Below, piece after piece: positions 22,365 through 31,149 of a DNA stretch of 42,287 nt. Position 1 is the stretch's first letter. Each line of letters begins with the position of its first letter. Below the pieces are notes generated by a model. It had not been told where the DNA came from. It saw only the letters and a list, made by a program, of their open reading frames with translations, and did not search any database. Source of the stretch: an uncultured Nitrososphaerales archaeon (GTDB lineage Archaea; Thermoproteota; Nitrososphaeria; Nitrososphaerales; Nitrososphaeraceae); contig CAVOHZ010000005.1 of assembly GCA_963695855.1 (NCBI GenBank), forward strand, positions 1 through 42,287, in the 5' to 3' direction. The translations under genes and the position numbers were made by a program.

Positions 22365-24320
22365 CTAAAAAGAGAAAAAATCATCACAACATGCACACAT
22401 ATAATTACTATATTGAATTTTTACATTTTTATTGTCTACACTAATTCCTTTGGAATCTATTATTGATGAATTCTGATTTTCATTATTTTTATCTTTATCT
22501 TTAACAAGATGGTTGTTATTGTTATGATCTTTATTAGAATTTGCAGTTATTTGTTTTTGTCGTTGTAATAATGATGGATTATTGCTATTTTGAATTTGAT
22601 TTTGATTGTTTCTTGTGCTATAATATCCACCAAAAATAGAAACAGGAGACCATGAAGGAATAACATCTAGAGATGCAAGTGAAAGATTTTGAAATTCTTC
22701 TTTTGCATATACTATTCTCCCACCCACTATAGTAAGAACAGAATCAATTTCTTTAATTTGTTCTTCTTCAACAGAGAAATAATCATCACTCAATACAGCA
22801 AGATCTGCAAATTTTCCTATTTCAATTGAACCCTTTTTCTCTTCTTCATTTGAAAACCATGCACTACCAAGCGTGTACAATCTAAGTGCTTCCATTCTAT
22901 CAAGACAATTATTTTTAGACCTTAATGTTGTGCCACCAACTGATTTTCCTGTTACTAGCCAATAAAGCGAAATCCATGGATTATAAGTAGATACTCTAGT
23001 TGCATCTGTTCCTGCCCCTAAAGGAACGCCCATTTCAATTATTTTCTTTATAGGTGGAGAGTTTTCTGAGACTTCTTTCCCATATCTTTCAATAAAGTAT
23101 TCACCTTGAAATGCAAGTCTGTCTTGTATTGCTATTCCTCCACCTAATTTTTTTACTCTTTTGATATTATCTTCGGATATTGTTTCTGCATGATCAAAAA
23201 ACCATCTTAAACCGTTAAAGGGAATTTCATTATTTACTTCTTCATAGACATTTAAAAATCGTGTAATTGATTCATTGTATGTAGCATGTATCCTAAAAGG
23301 CCATCTATTCTTTACTAGAACTTTAACAACTTCCTTTAGTTCTGACTGCATTTGTTCTGCCAAGTCTGGACGTGGTTCCAATATATTTTCATAGTCAGCT
23401 GCTGAGAAGACTAACATTTCGCCAGCTCCATTCATACGATAAAAATCATTTCCTTCACCAGGCTTTACCATTTTTATCCAGTTTGTAAAGTCTTCTAATT
23501 CTTTTTTTGGTCTCTGGGTAAAGAGATTGTACGCAATACGAACGGTAAGGAGACCTTCTTTTGCTAAATCACTTATTACCTTGTAATCGTCAGGATAATT
23601 TTGAAATCCTCCTCCTGCATCAATAGCACTAGTGACACCAAAACGATTGAGTTCATACATGAATTGCCTTGTAGAATTGATTTGTTCATCAGAAGATAGT
23701 TTTGGACCTTTGGCTAATGTTTGATAAAGTATTGTTGCTGCAGGTTTTGCAGTTATCAAGCCTGTTAGATCACCAGTTTCATCATGCTCAAATTCTGCAT
23801 CAGGTGGATTTGGTGTATCTTTATTATATCCAGTAGCTTCAATTGCTTTTTTATTAATCATCGCACAATGATAAAGATGCAAAATAAATGCTGGTATACT
23901 TCCAGTATTTCTTTCAATTTCCTCTATAGTAGGCATTCTTTTCTCTTTGAATTGAAGCTCAGACCAGCCTCCAACTACTCTAATCCAATGTGGATTGGGA
24001 GTATGTTGTGATTGCTCATTAATTCTATTCAAGGCTTCAGATAGAGTAGGTATACCATCCCATCTTAATTCTAGATTATAGTTTAAGCCACCGCGTATAA
24101 TGTGAAGATGAGAATCATTTAAGCCTGGAATAACTGTTCGTCCATTTAGATCAATAACTTTTGTATTATCTCCCTTGTAAGAAAGGCTATCATCATTATT
24201 ACCTACAGCAATAAAAATACCATCTTTTATAGCTACAGAAGATACAAAATTTTGATTATTATTTATTGTCGCTATACGACCGTTTATAAGAATAAGACCT
24301 GCCTCTTTAGTCATATCCAC
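22365..24320 (-). CDS. Amidohydrolase_3 family metal-dependent hydrolase (YtcJ-like)
   Basis: PGLNDSHLH, RIHAT, FFDHAE, GTDATR and GKFADLAVL motifs. Confidence 0.93.
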   Translation of the reverse strand: MDMTKEAGLILINGRIATINNNQNFVSSVAIKDGIFIAVGNNDDSLSYKGDNTKVIDLNGRTVIPGLNDSHLHIIRGGLNYNLELRWDGIPTLSEALNRINEQSQHTPNPHWIRVVGGWSELQFKEKRMPTIEEIERNTGSIPAFILHLYHCAMINKKAIEATGYNKDTPNPPDAEFEHDETGDLTGLITAKPAATILYQTLAKGPKLSSDEQINSTRQFMYELNRFGVTSAIDAGGGFQNYPDDYKVISDLAKEGLLTVRIAYNLFTQRPKKELEDFTNWIKMVKPGEGNDFYRMNGAGEMLVFSAADYENILEPRPDLAEQMQSELKEVVKVLVKNRWPFRIHATYNESITRFLNVYEEVNNEIPFNGLRWFFDHAETISEDNIKRVKKLGGGIAIQDRLAFQGEYFIERYGKEVSENSPPIKKIIEMGVPLGAGTDATRVSTYNPWISLYWLVTGKSVGGTTLRSKNNCLDRMEALRLYTLGSAWFSNEEEKKGSIEIGKFADLAVLSDDYFSVEEEQIKEIDSVLTIVGGRIVYAKEEFQNLSLASLDVIPSWSPVSIFGGYYSTRNNQNQIQNSNNPSLLQRQKQITANSNKDHNNNNHLVKDKDKNNENQNSSIIDSKGISVDNKNVKIQYSNYMCACCDDFFSF

Positions 24321-24429
24321 TCATCTTGACAAGTTTTAATGATAATTTAGGGAAAATGCCGAAAAAATAGTGAATATATGTATTTATTTGATTTTTAGTA
24401 TTATTTATTAATGATTCCATTATTATTAT

Positions 24430-25092
24430 TTAACCTTCTCTTGCATGCTCACCTAGCATAGCTCTTGCATATTCTACTCCAAGTCCATATGTACCTGCAT
24501 CTTCTCTTACTACTTTCATTACTGCATCATATGTGTCTGTCCTGGCCCAGTCGCGTTGTAATTCTAATAGGAATTGTAGCCAAGTCATAGGTACCGCTCC
24601 TGCTTGAATTAATCTCTCTATTGCCATGTCATGTGCAGTAATTGATGTTCCACCACATGCATCAGCGATAACATAAATTTCATATCCTGCCTCCATGGCT
24701 TGAATAGCTGGCATTACAATACAAACTTCTGTCCATAGTCCTGCTAAAACTAGTTTTTTCCTTCCAATTTTCTCTACCTCTAAGACTACGTTTCGATCTT
24801 CCCAGCAGTTCATAGTCGTTCTATCTATCATTTGTTTATCTGGATACACTTTTTTTATCTGAGGGAACATAGGACCAGAAAAACTTTTTTCTGCCACTGT
24901 AGTTAAAATAGTTGGAACATTGAATATCTTTGCTGCCTTTGCAAGGCCTTCAGCATTATTAATTAGAGTCTGTCCATCTATGGATTTTACACCAAAGGCC
25001 ATTTGCGGCTGAAAATCAATCATTATTAACGTACAGTTGTCAGGGGTCAGTAAGCTATGAATTTTATTATTAACTAAGCTTTCGCTTGTCAT
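24430..25092 (-). CDS. ycaC: Isochorismatase-family cysteine hydrolase, YcaC type
   Basis: IDFQPQM (Asp), DRTTMNCWED, GLWTEVC (Cys) and ELQRDWAR motifs. Confidence 0.9.
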   Translation of the reverse strand: MTSESLVNNKIHSLLTPDNCTLIMIDFQPQMAFGVKSIDGQTLINNAEGLAKAAKIFNVPTILTTVAEKSFSGPMFPQIKKVYPDKQMIDRTTMNCWEDRNVVLEVEKIGRKKLVLAGLWTEVCIVMPAIQAMEAGYEIYVIADACGGTSITAHDMAIERLIQAGAVPMTWLQFLLELQRDWARTDTYDAVMKVVREDAGTYGLGVEYARAMLGEHAREG

Positions 25093-25742
25093 TAAATGAT
25101 ATTATGCAACATACATAAAAGGATTTTCTTAACCATTTATTAACATAACAGATCTATATTCATATATGAAATGATAGGTTGAAATGATTAGTGTTATAAA
25201 ATAAATTTTAAATTAATATTGTATTTTATTATCATCAATGTCTGAAATAGAAAGATCTGTAAAGCTAGTGAAATAGGTCAAGTAATAGGTAAAAAAATGG
25301 CTTTTATTAATATCAAAGACTCTCGCTCAAATTCATCTTTTCATTTTAGTGAATCAAAAAAATATTATCAGTAATAAGTAATAAAGTTTTATGTGAAAAA
25401 TGTAACAGTTAAAGCGAGAGACAACAGTCATAAAAATAACTCCAACGATAAATCTAATGAAATATTGGTTTTAAAGTGGATAGATTATAAAAGCAAAGAA
25501 CATAAAAAATAATTCTAACTAGTTTTCTATCACAATAATAAATTGTGACTATTATAAAAAATACTTTAGAACAACATTATAATACATGAAATTTTATGAC
25601 AAATGACATATTACTCGATTTGTGATCAATAAACTTTCAAATTGAGATATATTAAGGAAGTCGAAGTTATAAATACTAAACAGGCATTCCAAAAAATTAT
25701 CATTAAGGATTATTTTTGGATTATACCTGCAATTAAATAGTG

Positions 25743-25810
25743 CCACTTTATATTAAGGGTTCAAATCCCACTGGCCCCATTACAAACCTGTGTCTTTATT
25801 TAGTCCCACT
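25743..25810 (+). other. Integrase-proximal att-like site H (tRNA 3'-end-like)
   Basis: ccactttatattaagggttcaaatcccactggccccatta contains the T-loop consensus GGTTCAAATCC and an acceptor-like strand, but only 3 bp of T-stem. It lies about 50 bp before the integrase ATG and is homologous to sites D and F. Confidence 0.75.
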
Positions 25811-25831
25811 CAATATAAGATATTACAATAA

Positions 25832-27112
25832 ATGACAATCAATAGCTCTTTTATTGAAGCTGTGTCAAAAGAAGAACATAATAAGGAAATGACTCCCTAT
25901 TTGATGTTCAAATATGCTACTAAGACAGAGCTAACAAGAAAATACTATGAAAGAAGGTTGAAAAGATTTTTCGACTTTATCGAATTTGATACTCGGGAAA
26001 ATGATTTTGAAACTAGATGTAACACATTTGCAGAAAAAGCAAAAAGTAACACAAATTGGACATTAAGTCAAGTCATACGATTTTTGCAATATCAAAAAGA
26101 AAGAGTTGATAGTAAAGAGATAACTAGTGCAACTCTAAAGAACTTTGTCAAGTCAATAAAGGTATTTTGTGAGATGTCTGATATTTCTATTCCTTGGAAA
26201 AAGATTACAAGGGGACTACCAAATGCTAGACAGTCAGCAAATGATTGAGCTCCAACAATAGAAGAGATTCTTAAACTGATACAATATCCAGATAGAAGAA
26301 TAAAACCAATTGTCTACACAATGGTATCATCTGGGATAAGATTAGGAGCTTGGGATTATCTAAAATGGAAACATATCATTCCAATTAATGATGAAAAAGG
26401 AGAGATAGTAGCAGCCAAGATAATTGTGTATGCCGGCGAGGTTGATGAATATTATTGCTTCATTACTGAAGAAGCGTATAGCTCACTATTAGATTGGATG
26501 AAATTCAGAGAAGAATATGGTGAAAAGATTAGCGGAGAATCTTGGTTGATGAGATACATCTGGCAAACAACTAATGTAAACTACGGGGCTAAATGGGGAT
26601 TAGCAACATGTCCTAAAAAATTGAATAGTTATGCTATTAAGAGAATATTAGAGCGGGGATTATGGTCCCAGGGTTTAAGAGAAACACTTGAAAAAGGAGA
26701 AAAGAGACACGAATACAAAGCAGCTCATGGTTTTCGTAAATTCTATAAAACTAGAGCAGAACAAGTTATGCGTCCTCTGAATGTCGAGATAACACTTGGT
26801 CATAATATTGGACTTTCGGGGTCATACTACAAACCAACTGGGAAAGAAATTTTAGAAGATTATCTAAAAGCAACTGGTTTACTTACAATAAATACCAATC
26901 AAAAAGTTCTAGAGAAAGAGATTACTAAACTAAAAGAAAAAAGTCAAGATAATGATTACGTTATAAGAGCCAAATTATATGAGAAAGATGAACAAATTAA
27001 GGAACTTAAGAAGAGCGATAAAGTTAAAGAAGATGCATTAGCTCATGTATCAGATCAGTTGATGATATTAACTGAAAGAATTCAAGAGTTGGAGAGAAAA
27101 GAATCAAAATAG
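25832..27112 (+). pseudogene. Tyrosine recombinase/integrase with one in-frame TGA (26246-26248) and C-terminal coiled coil
   Basis: ORFs 25832-26248 and 26321-27112 are in one frame ([35 protein letters not shown]). Catalytic R (GIR), HxxR (HGFR), H (LGH) and Y (SYY) are intact. Confidence 0.92.
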
Positions 27113-27433
27113 ATCAGGATTAAAAGCGGGTTCGGTGGTATCCGTCATGCTAGCACTCTAATAAAAGAATCCTAAGTAGGGTAAATAAAAGAAGTTTATA
27201 AATTTTATCTATAGTTGTTATTGTAGATTTATTTTTAAATTCTGATATCTTCTCATGAGATAATAATACCTTTATTTTTTGAAAATACATTTGAGAATTT
27301 CAATCCTAGTAGAGGCTCAGAATGCTCGCTTCGAATCCAACTGATTGATTTAGTCATAAGTTAAAATTCGACTATTATCAAGAAATTAACTTTTTGATAT
27401 TTTTAGTTCCAAAATTCGGTTTATAGTTTTCAT

Positions 27434-27660
27434 CTCGCAATCCTATAATAGTTCTATTAAAACTGATCCCATATAGACAAATATCCAGCAGTAGCAAACT
27501 TCCAATCCTATAATAGTTCGTTTAAAACTATATTTCGAATTTACATTTGCGTAGCTGAATCTTGCTTTAAATCCTATAATAGTTCGATTAAAACTACAGT
27601 TATGACCTTAAACTCTATGTCTTTAACCTCCTTTCAATCCAATAATAGTTCGATTAAAAC
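27434..27660 (-). CRISPR. Orphan mini-CRISPR array, 4 repeats and 3 spacers
   Basis: 30-bp repeats at 27434, 27499, 27565 and 27631 (plus-strand consensus CTTTCAATCCTATAATAGTTCGATTAAAAC); unique spacers of 35, 36 and 36 bp. The minus-strand repeat ends in ATTGAAAG. Confidence 0.9.
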
Positions 27661-27717
27661 TTGAACACGATAAATTACGATTATTACAATTACAATCCTT
27701 ATCTAATGACTCGTTAA

Positions 27718-27930
27718 TTATTTATTTGGATCTTTAAAATCCTGTACAAATTCAAACTTGTTCAAGTCATAACTCATAAATTTGCTATAACAGTTAATAC
27801 ATAATTTTCTCTTATTCGCTACATCAATTTTTCCTTCGTTAAATCCCTTCCTGCAGTACCTATTGTCACATGTAAACACTTCATTATAATTTACCCAAAT
27901 ATCGTCAATTGACTCTGGATACATCGTCAT
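27718..27930 (-). CDS. Small Cys4 zinc-finger-like protein
   Basis: 70 aa with CDNRYC...CINC, ATG start, AT-rich TATA-like sequence about 30 bp upstream. Confidence 0.65.
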   Translation of the reverse strand: MTMYPESIDDIWVNYNEVFTCDNRYCRKGFNEGKIDVANKRKLCINCYSKFMSYDLNKFEFVQDFKDPNK

Positions 27931-28007
27931 ATTATAATAAATTTATCAGACCAATTAAAAAAGTTTATCTTAGAATTTTTTAATCCTAACCCAGTTAGCT
28001 AATAATG

Positions 28008-28610
28008 TCAGCAGTAAATTCTATAATTACTTTTGGAGCTATAGCACTTATCGGTTATATTCTTTATAATAAATTCTTTCCAGGTCAGGGTATTGACCAG
28101 ATACTTCAGGGTATAGGCTCTTATTCCTTTTGGATTAATTTTCCTAGATAATGTCACACTATCTGTTTGAGTTGGATACCTATTTCTATCCCTGGTTATT
28201 AAAAGTTCTCTTTCACTATTGTTATAGTCTCTCACTATTATCTTGTTTTTATGAATTATTTTTATAACTTCTTTATAGTGTACATGACTATCGTGGCCAT
28301 CACGGTTTCTGTGGTAAGGACCATCCTTTGGTAGTGGTTTGCAGTTTTTGTCTTTTGAAGGATCACATGGGTGGGGTTGTTGGTAGTGTTGTTCCTGGCT
28401 CTGTCTCATCTGCTCCTCAGGCAACACCAAAAGGACCAAAGAATTCAGAAGCACTTACATCTTCTCCAGCAGTTGTATCAGCAGCAGGAGAAGTAAATCC
28501 ATTATTGTTAATGATTGTATATGCTCTATCTGTATCTGTTGCTTTAATAAGTGTCACAATTCTATCAGTTAAAGTAATTACTACTAATATACAAGATAAA
28601 ATAATTTATT
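28008..28610 (-). pseudogene. Degraded secreted low-complexity protein, 5' end abutting IS481
   Basis: Hydrophobic ILSCILVVITL start, Pro/Thr-rich segment and CDPSKDKNC spread across frames with stops. Confidence 0.4.
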
Positions 28611-28618
28611 ATACTAAT

Positions 28619-29667
28619 TGTTGTACTTACACAGATAGGTAACAGATTCACTTACCAACATGGGTAACACTTTTTATCTGCTTATTTGTTTTGATATTCT
28701 TACAACTATTTAATCTTCCTTTCATAAGAAACATTTCAGATGGTGTGTGACCATTGATTCCACCATGTTCTCTTGTTTCATTGTATGCTTTGACAAACAT
28801 GGAATATCTTCTCTTTCCTTCTTCTCTGTTGGAAATATTTTCTATTGCCAAAAATTCATTTTTGACTATCTTGTTATATGCTTCAATTTTACCCTGTAGT
28901 TGTGGATATCTAGCAGGTATGGATTTATCTTTAATGTTGTTACGTTGTAGAAAACGTCTGAATATTTTGGATGTAAGCTGTTTACCATTATCATGCAGTA
29001 CCTTGAGAGGTTTACCATTCTCTACTATGTAGTCTTCCAGTACCTGTAGTACATCTACACTTCGTTTTCTTTCAGACCAGTCACTTGTTACCTTTCTTGA
29101 ACAGTCATCTTCACAACTGATAAAATAGTTCTTTTGAGTAGAATTCTCAAGGTAAAATGGTCCTAAAATGTCCATCTGTACCATTTGATTGGGTTTTTCC
29201 ATTGCAAATCTTTTGTATTTTCTATTTCTGATCTTGCATCTTAGTATGTTCAGTCCATGTCTTTTCAGTATCTTGTAGATGGTTTTTGTACTGAAGGAGA
29301 TATCATTCAGTCGTCTTAACCTGAACCTTATGCGATTGTAACCAAATCTTTTTGTTACACGTAAATCCAATATTTCCTGTTCTATCTCATTTGTTACTTT
29401 TCCAGGTTGTATATTATATGGTTTCCTACTTTTATCCCGTAAACCGTCTATTCCATTCTCAAGGTACCTGTTCTTCCATTTGTAGTATGACTTTCTAGAT
29501 GTATGATATCTATTACAGATATTAGTTACAGTATCTCCAGTCGACTCTTTCTCATGAATTAAATTAAATTTTGTTTGTAATTCTATTTTTTATACACTTC
29601 CTAGCAGATTAGGAAGTGTTACCTATCTCGGTAAATGAAATTGTAACCTATGTTGGTAAGTACAACA
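28619..29667 (-). mobile_element. IS481-family insertion sequence (1049 bp)
   Basis: TGT...ACA ends: tgttgtacttacacagataggtaaca versus tgttgtacttaccaacataggttaca. Extra subterminal repeats near 28651 and 29616; flanks actaat/tctaat (5/6, TSD-like). Confidence 0.92.
28648..29586 (-). CDS. IS481 DDE transposase (HTH plus rve); canonical start codon missing
   Basis: QMDILGP, HDNG and GKIEAY carry the DDE triad. The frame stays open upstream of 29370 through the HTH (SRKSYYKWKNRYLENGIDGL) to an ATA codon at about 29586. Confidence 0.85.
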   Translation of the reverse strand: MELQTKFNLIHEKESTGDTVTNICNRYHTSRKSYYKWKNRYLENGIDGLRDKSRKPYNIQPGKVTNEIEQEILDLRVTKRFGYNRIRFRLRRLNDISFSTKTIYKILKRHGLNILRCKIRNRKYKRFAMEKPNQMVQMDILGPFYLENSTQKNYFISCEDDCSRKVTSDWSERKRSVDVLQVLEDYIVENGKPLKVLHDNGKQLTSKIFRRFLQRNNIKDKSIPARYPQLQGKIEAYNKIVKNEFLAIENISNREEGKRRYSMFVKAYNETREHGGINGHTPSEMFLMKGRLNSCKNIKTNKQIKSVTHVGK

Positions 29668-29811
29668 TCTAATATCTGCCAAAATTAAGTGCTATAATAT
29701 TGGTTATTATGGCTATTACATTTGTATTAGGTTTAGTTTAATAACAATATATATACACTTACTTTTTTATAGTAAATTTGAAATCTTTGGTTAGTGTATA
29801 TGTTATTTAAT

Positions 29812-30792
29812 ATGAGTTCATTAGAAGCAAAAATTAAACGTAAACCTTATACAGGAAAAGATCCAATGTCACCAGAAGAAATTCTCTCACATGAACCTAC
29901 TGCTGTAAAACGAGATCCACATGATCAAATAATTGCGAAAGGAGGAAAGACAGGAACTGATACAGAAGAAGCAAAAGAAATGTACAGAAAAAAAGGTATG
30001 ACAAAAGTATATCCATCACAAGCAGAAATTAAACGTAAACCTTATACAGGAAAAGATCCAATGTCACCAGAAGAAATTCTCTCACATGAACCTACTGCTG
30101 TAAAACGAGATCCACATGATCAAATAATTGCGAAAGGAGGAAAGACAGGAACTGATACAGAAGAAGCAAAAGAAATGTACAGAAAAAAAGGTATGACAAA
30201 AGTATATCCATCACAAGCAGAAATTAAACGTAAACCTTATACAGGAAAAGATCCAATGTCACCAGAAGAAATTCTCTCACATGAACCTACTGCTGTAAAA
30301 CGAGATCCACATGATCAAATAATTGCGAAAGGAGGAAAGACAGGAACTGATACAGAAGAAGCAAAAGAAATGTACAGAAAAAAAGGTATGACAAAAGTAT
30401 ATCCATCACAAGCAGAAATTAAACGTAAACCTTATACAGGAAAAGATCCAATGTCACCAGAAGAAATTCTCTCACATGAACCTACTGCTGTAAAACGAGA
30501 TCCACATGATCAAATAATTGCGAAAGGAGGAAAGACAGGAACTGATACAGAAGAAGCAAAAGAAATGTACAGAAAAAAAGGTATGACAAAAGTATATCCA
30601 TCACAAGCAGAAATTAAACGTAAACCTTATACAGGAAAAGATCCAATGTCACCAGAAGAAATTCTCTCACATGAACCTACTGCTGTAAAACGAGATCCAC
30701 ATGATCAAATAATTGCGAAAGGAGGAAAGACAGGAACTGATACAGAAGAAGCAAAAGAAATGTACAGAAAAAAAGGTATGACAAAAGTATAG
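29812..30792 (+). CDS. Hydrophilic tandem-repeat protein (5 x 65 aa, last copy slightly short)
   Basis: Unit KRKPYTGKDPMSPEEILSHEPTAVKRDPHDQIIAKGGKTGTDTEEAKEMYRKKGMTKVYPSQAEI; ATG at 29812 preferred over GTG at 29794. Confidence 0.8.
   Translation: MSSLEAKIKRKPYTGKDPMSPEEILSHEPTAVKRDPHDQIIAKGGKTGTDTEEAKEMYRKKGMTKVYPSQAEIKRKPYTGKDPMSPEEILSHEPTAVKRDPHDQIIAKGGKTGTDTEEAKEMYRKKGMTKVYPSQAEIKRKPYTGKDPMSPEEILSHEPTAVKRDPHDQIIAKGGKTGTDTEEAKEMYRKKGMTKVYPSQAEIKRKPYTGKDPMSPEEILSHEPTAVKRDPHDQIIAKGGKTGTDTEEAKEMYRKKGMTKVYPSQAEIKRKPYTGKDPMSPEEILSHEPTAVKRDPHDQIIAKGGKTGTDTEEAKEMYRKKGMTKV
29831..30791 (+). repeat. 195-bp tandem repeat, about 4.9 copies
   Basis: aaacgtaaaccttat starts at 29836, 30031, 30226, 30421 and 30616; no differences found by eye. 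Confidence 0.97.
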
Positions 30793-30873
30793 TAATGTAA
30801 TAGTAGTAATAGAAAAGTTTAAACTTTGATATTTTTTTGTTCAATTGAATTGATTGATAATACCAAATATCAA

Positions 30874-31149
30874 GAGCCTATCCGAAAACTTCTCTCTTAT
30901 ATGTGATCCAAGCACAGACAAAATGTAATATCGCAATATAGTTATCTTCCTTCTTTTCCCATCTAATCAATAATCGTCTGAATCGATTCATCCATGAATG
31001 TGTTCTCTCAACTACCCATCTTCTTGCTCTGTATTTCGGTATCCTTCTTCTCTTCTTCTTTGATCATTATTGTAGTCTTCTCCTCTTTTGCAAACATGTA
31101 TGGTATAATCATATTCTTCAAGTAATTCATACACCTCAGGATAGTCATA
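30874..31149 (-). mobile_element. IS5-family transposase C-terminal remnant with right end
   Basis: Manual translation YDYPEVYELLEEY... and RRWVVERTHSWMNRFRRLLIRWEKKEDNY...VFG*, ending ggataggctct. Confidence 0.88.

Noticed and set aside
25700-25790. Complete tRNA gene upstream of the integrase
   Set aside because: Only the T-loop and 3' strand are present; no D-arm, anticodon arm or complementary 5' acceptor strand, and the T-stem pairs for only 3 bp.
26246-26248. Selenocysteine or programmed readthrough at the integrase TGA
   Set aside because: The position is not a Cys-like catalytic site and no supporting signal was seen; a nonsense mutation is simpler given the many local pseudogenes.
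27689-27717. Fifth CRISPR repeat at attacaatccttatct
   Set aside because: Only the CAATCCT core matches, and the implied spacer (28 bp) is out of register.
27595-27780. Self-targeting of spacer 3 against the adjacent zinc-finger gene (gtcataact match)
   Set aside because: Only about 9 bp of identity, expected by chance. No convincing protospacer was found in the window by eye, though the search was not exhaustive.
27434-29667. CRISPR-associated transposon (mini-array plus TnsB-like transposase)
   Set aside because: The transposase is a self-contained IS481 with its own ends; no tnsC, tniQ or cas genes are present and the array lies outside the ends.
29831-30791. 195-bp repeats as a CRISPR array
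   Set aside because: There are no unique spacers; the units are contiguous and in frame within an ORF.
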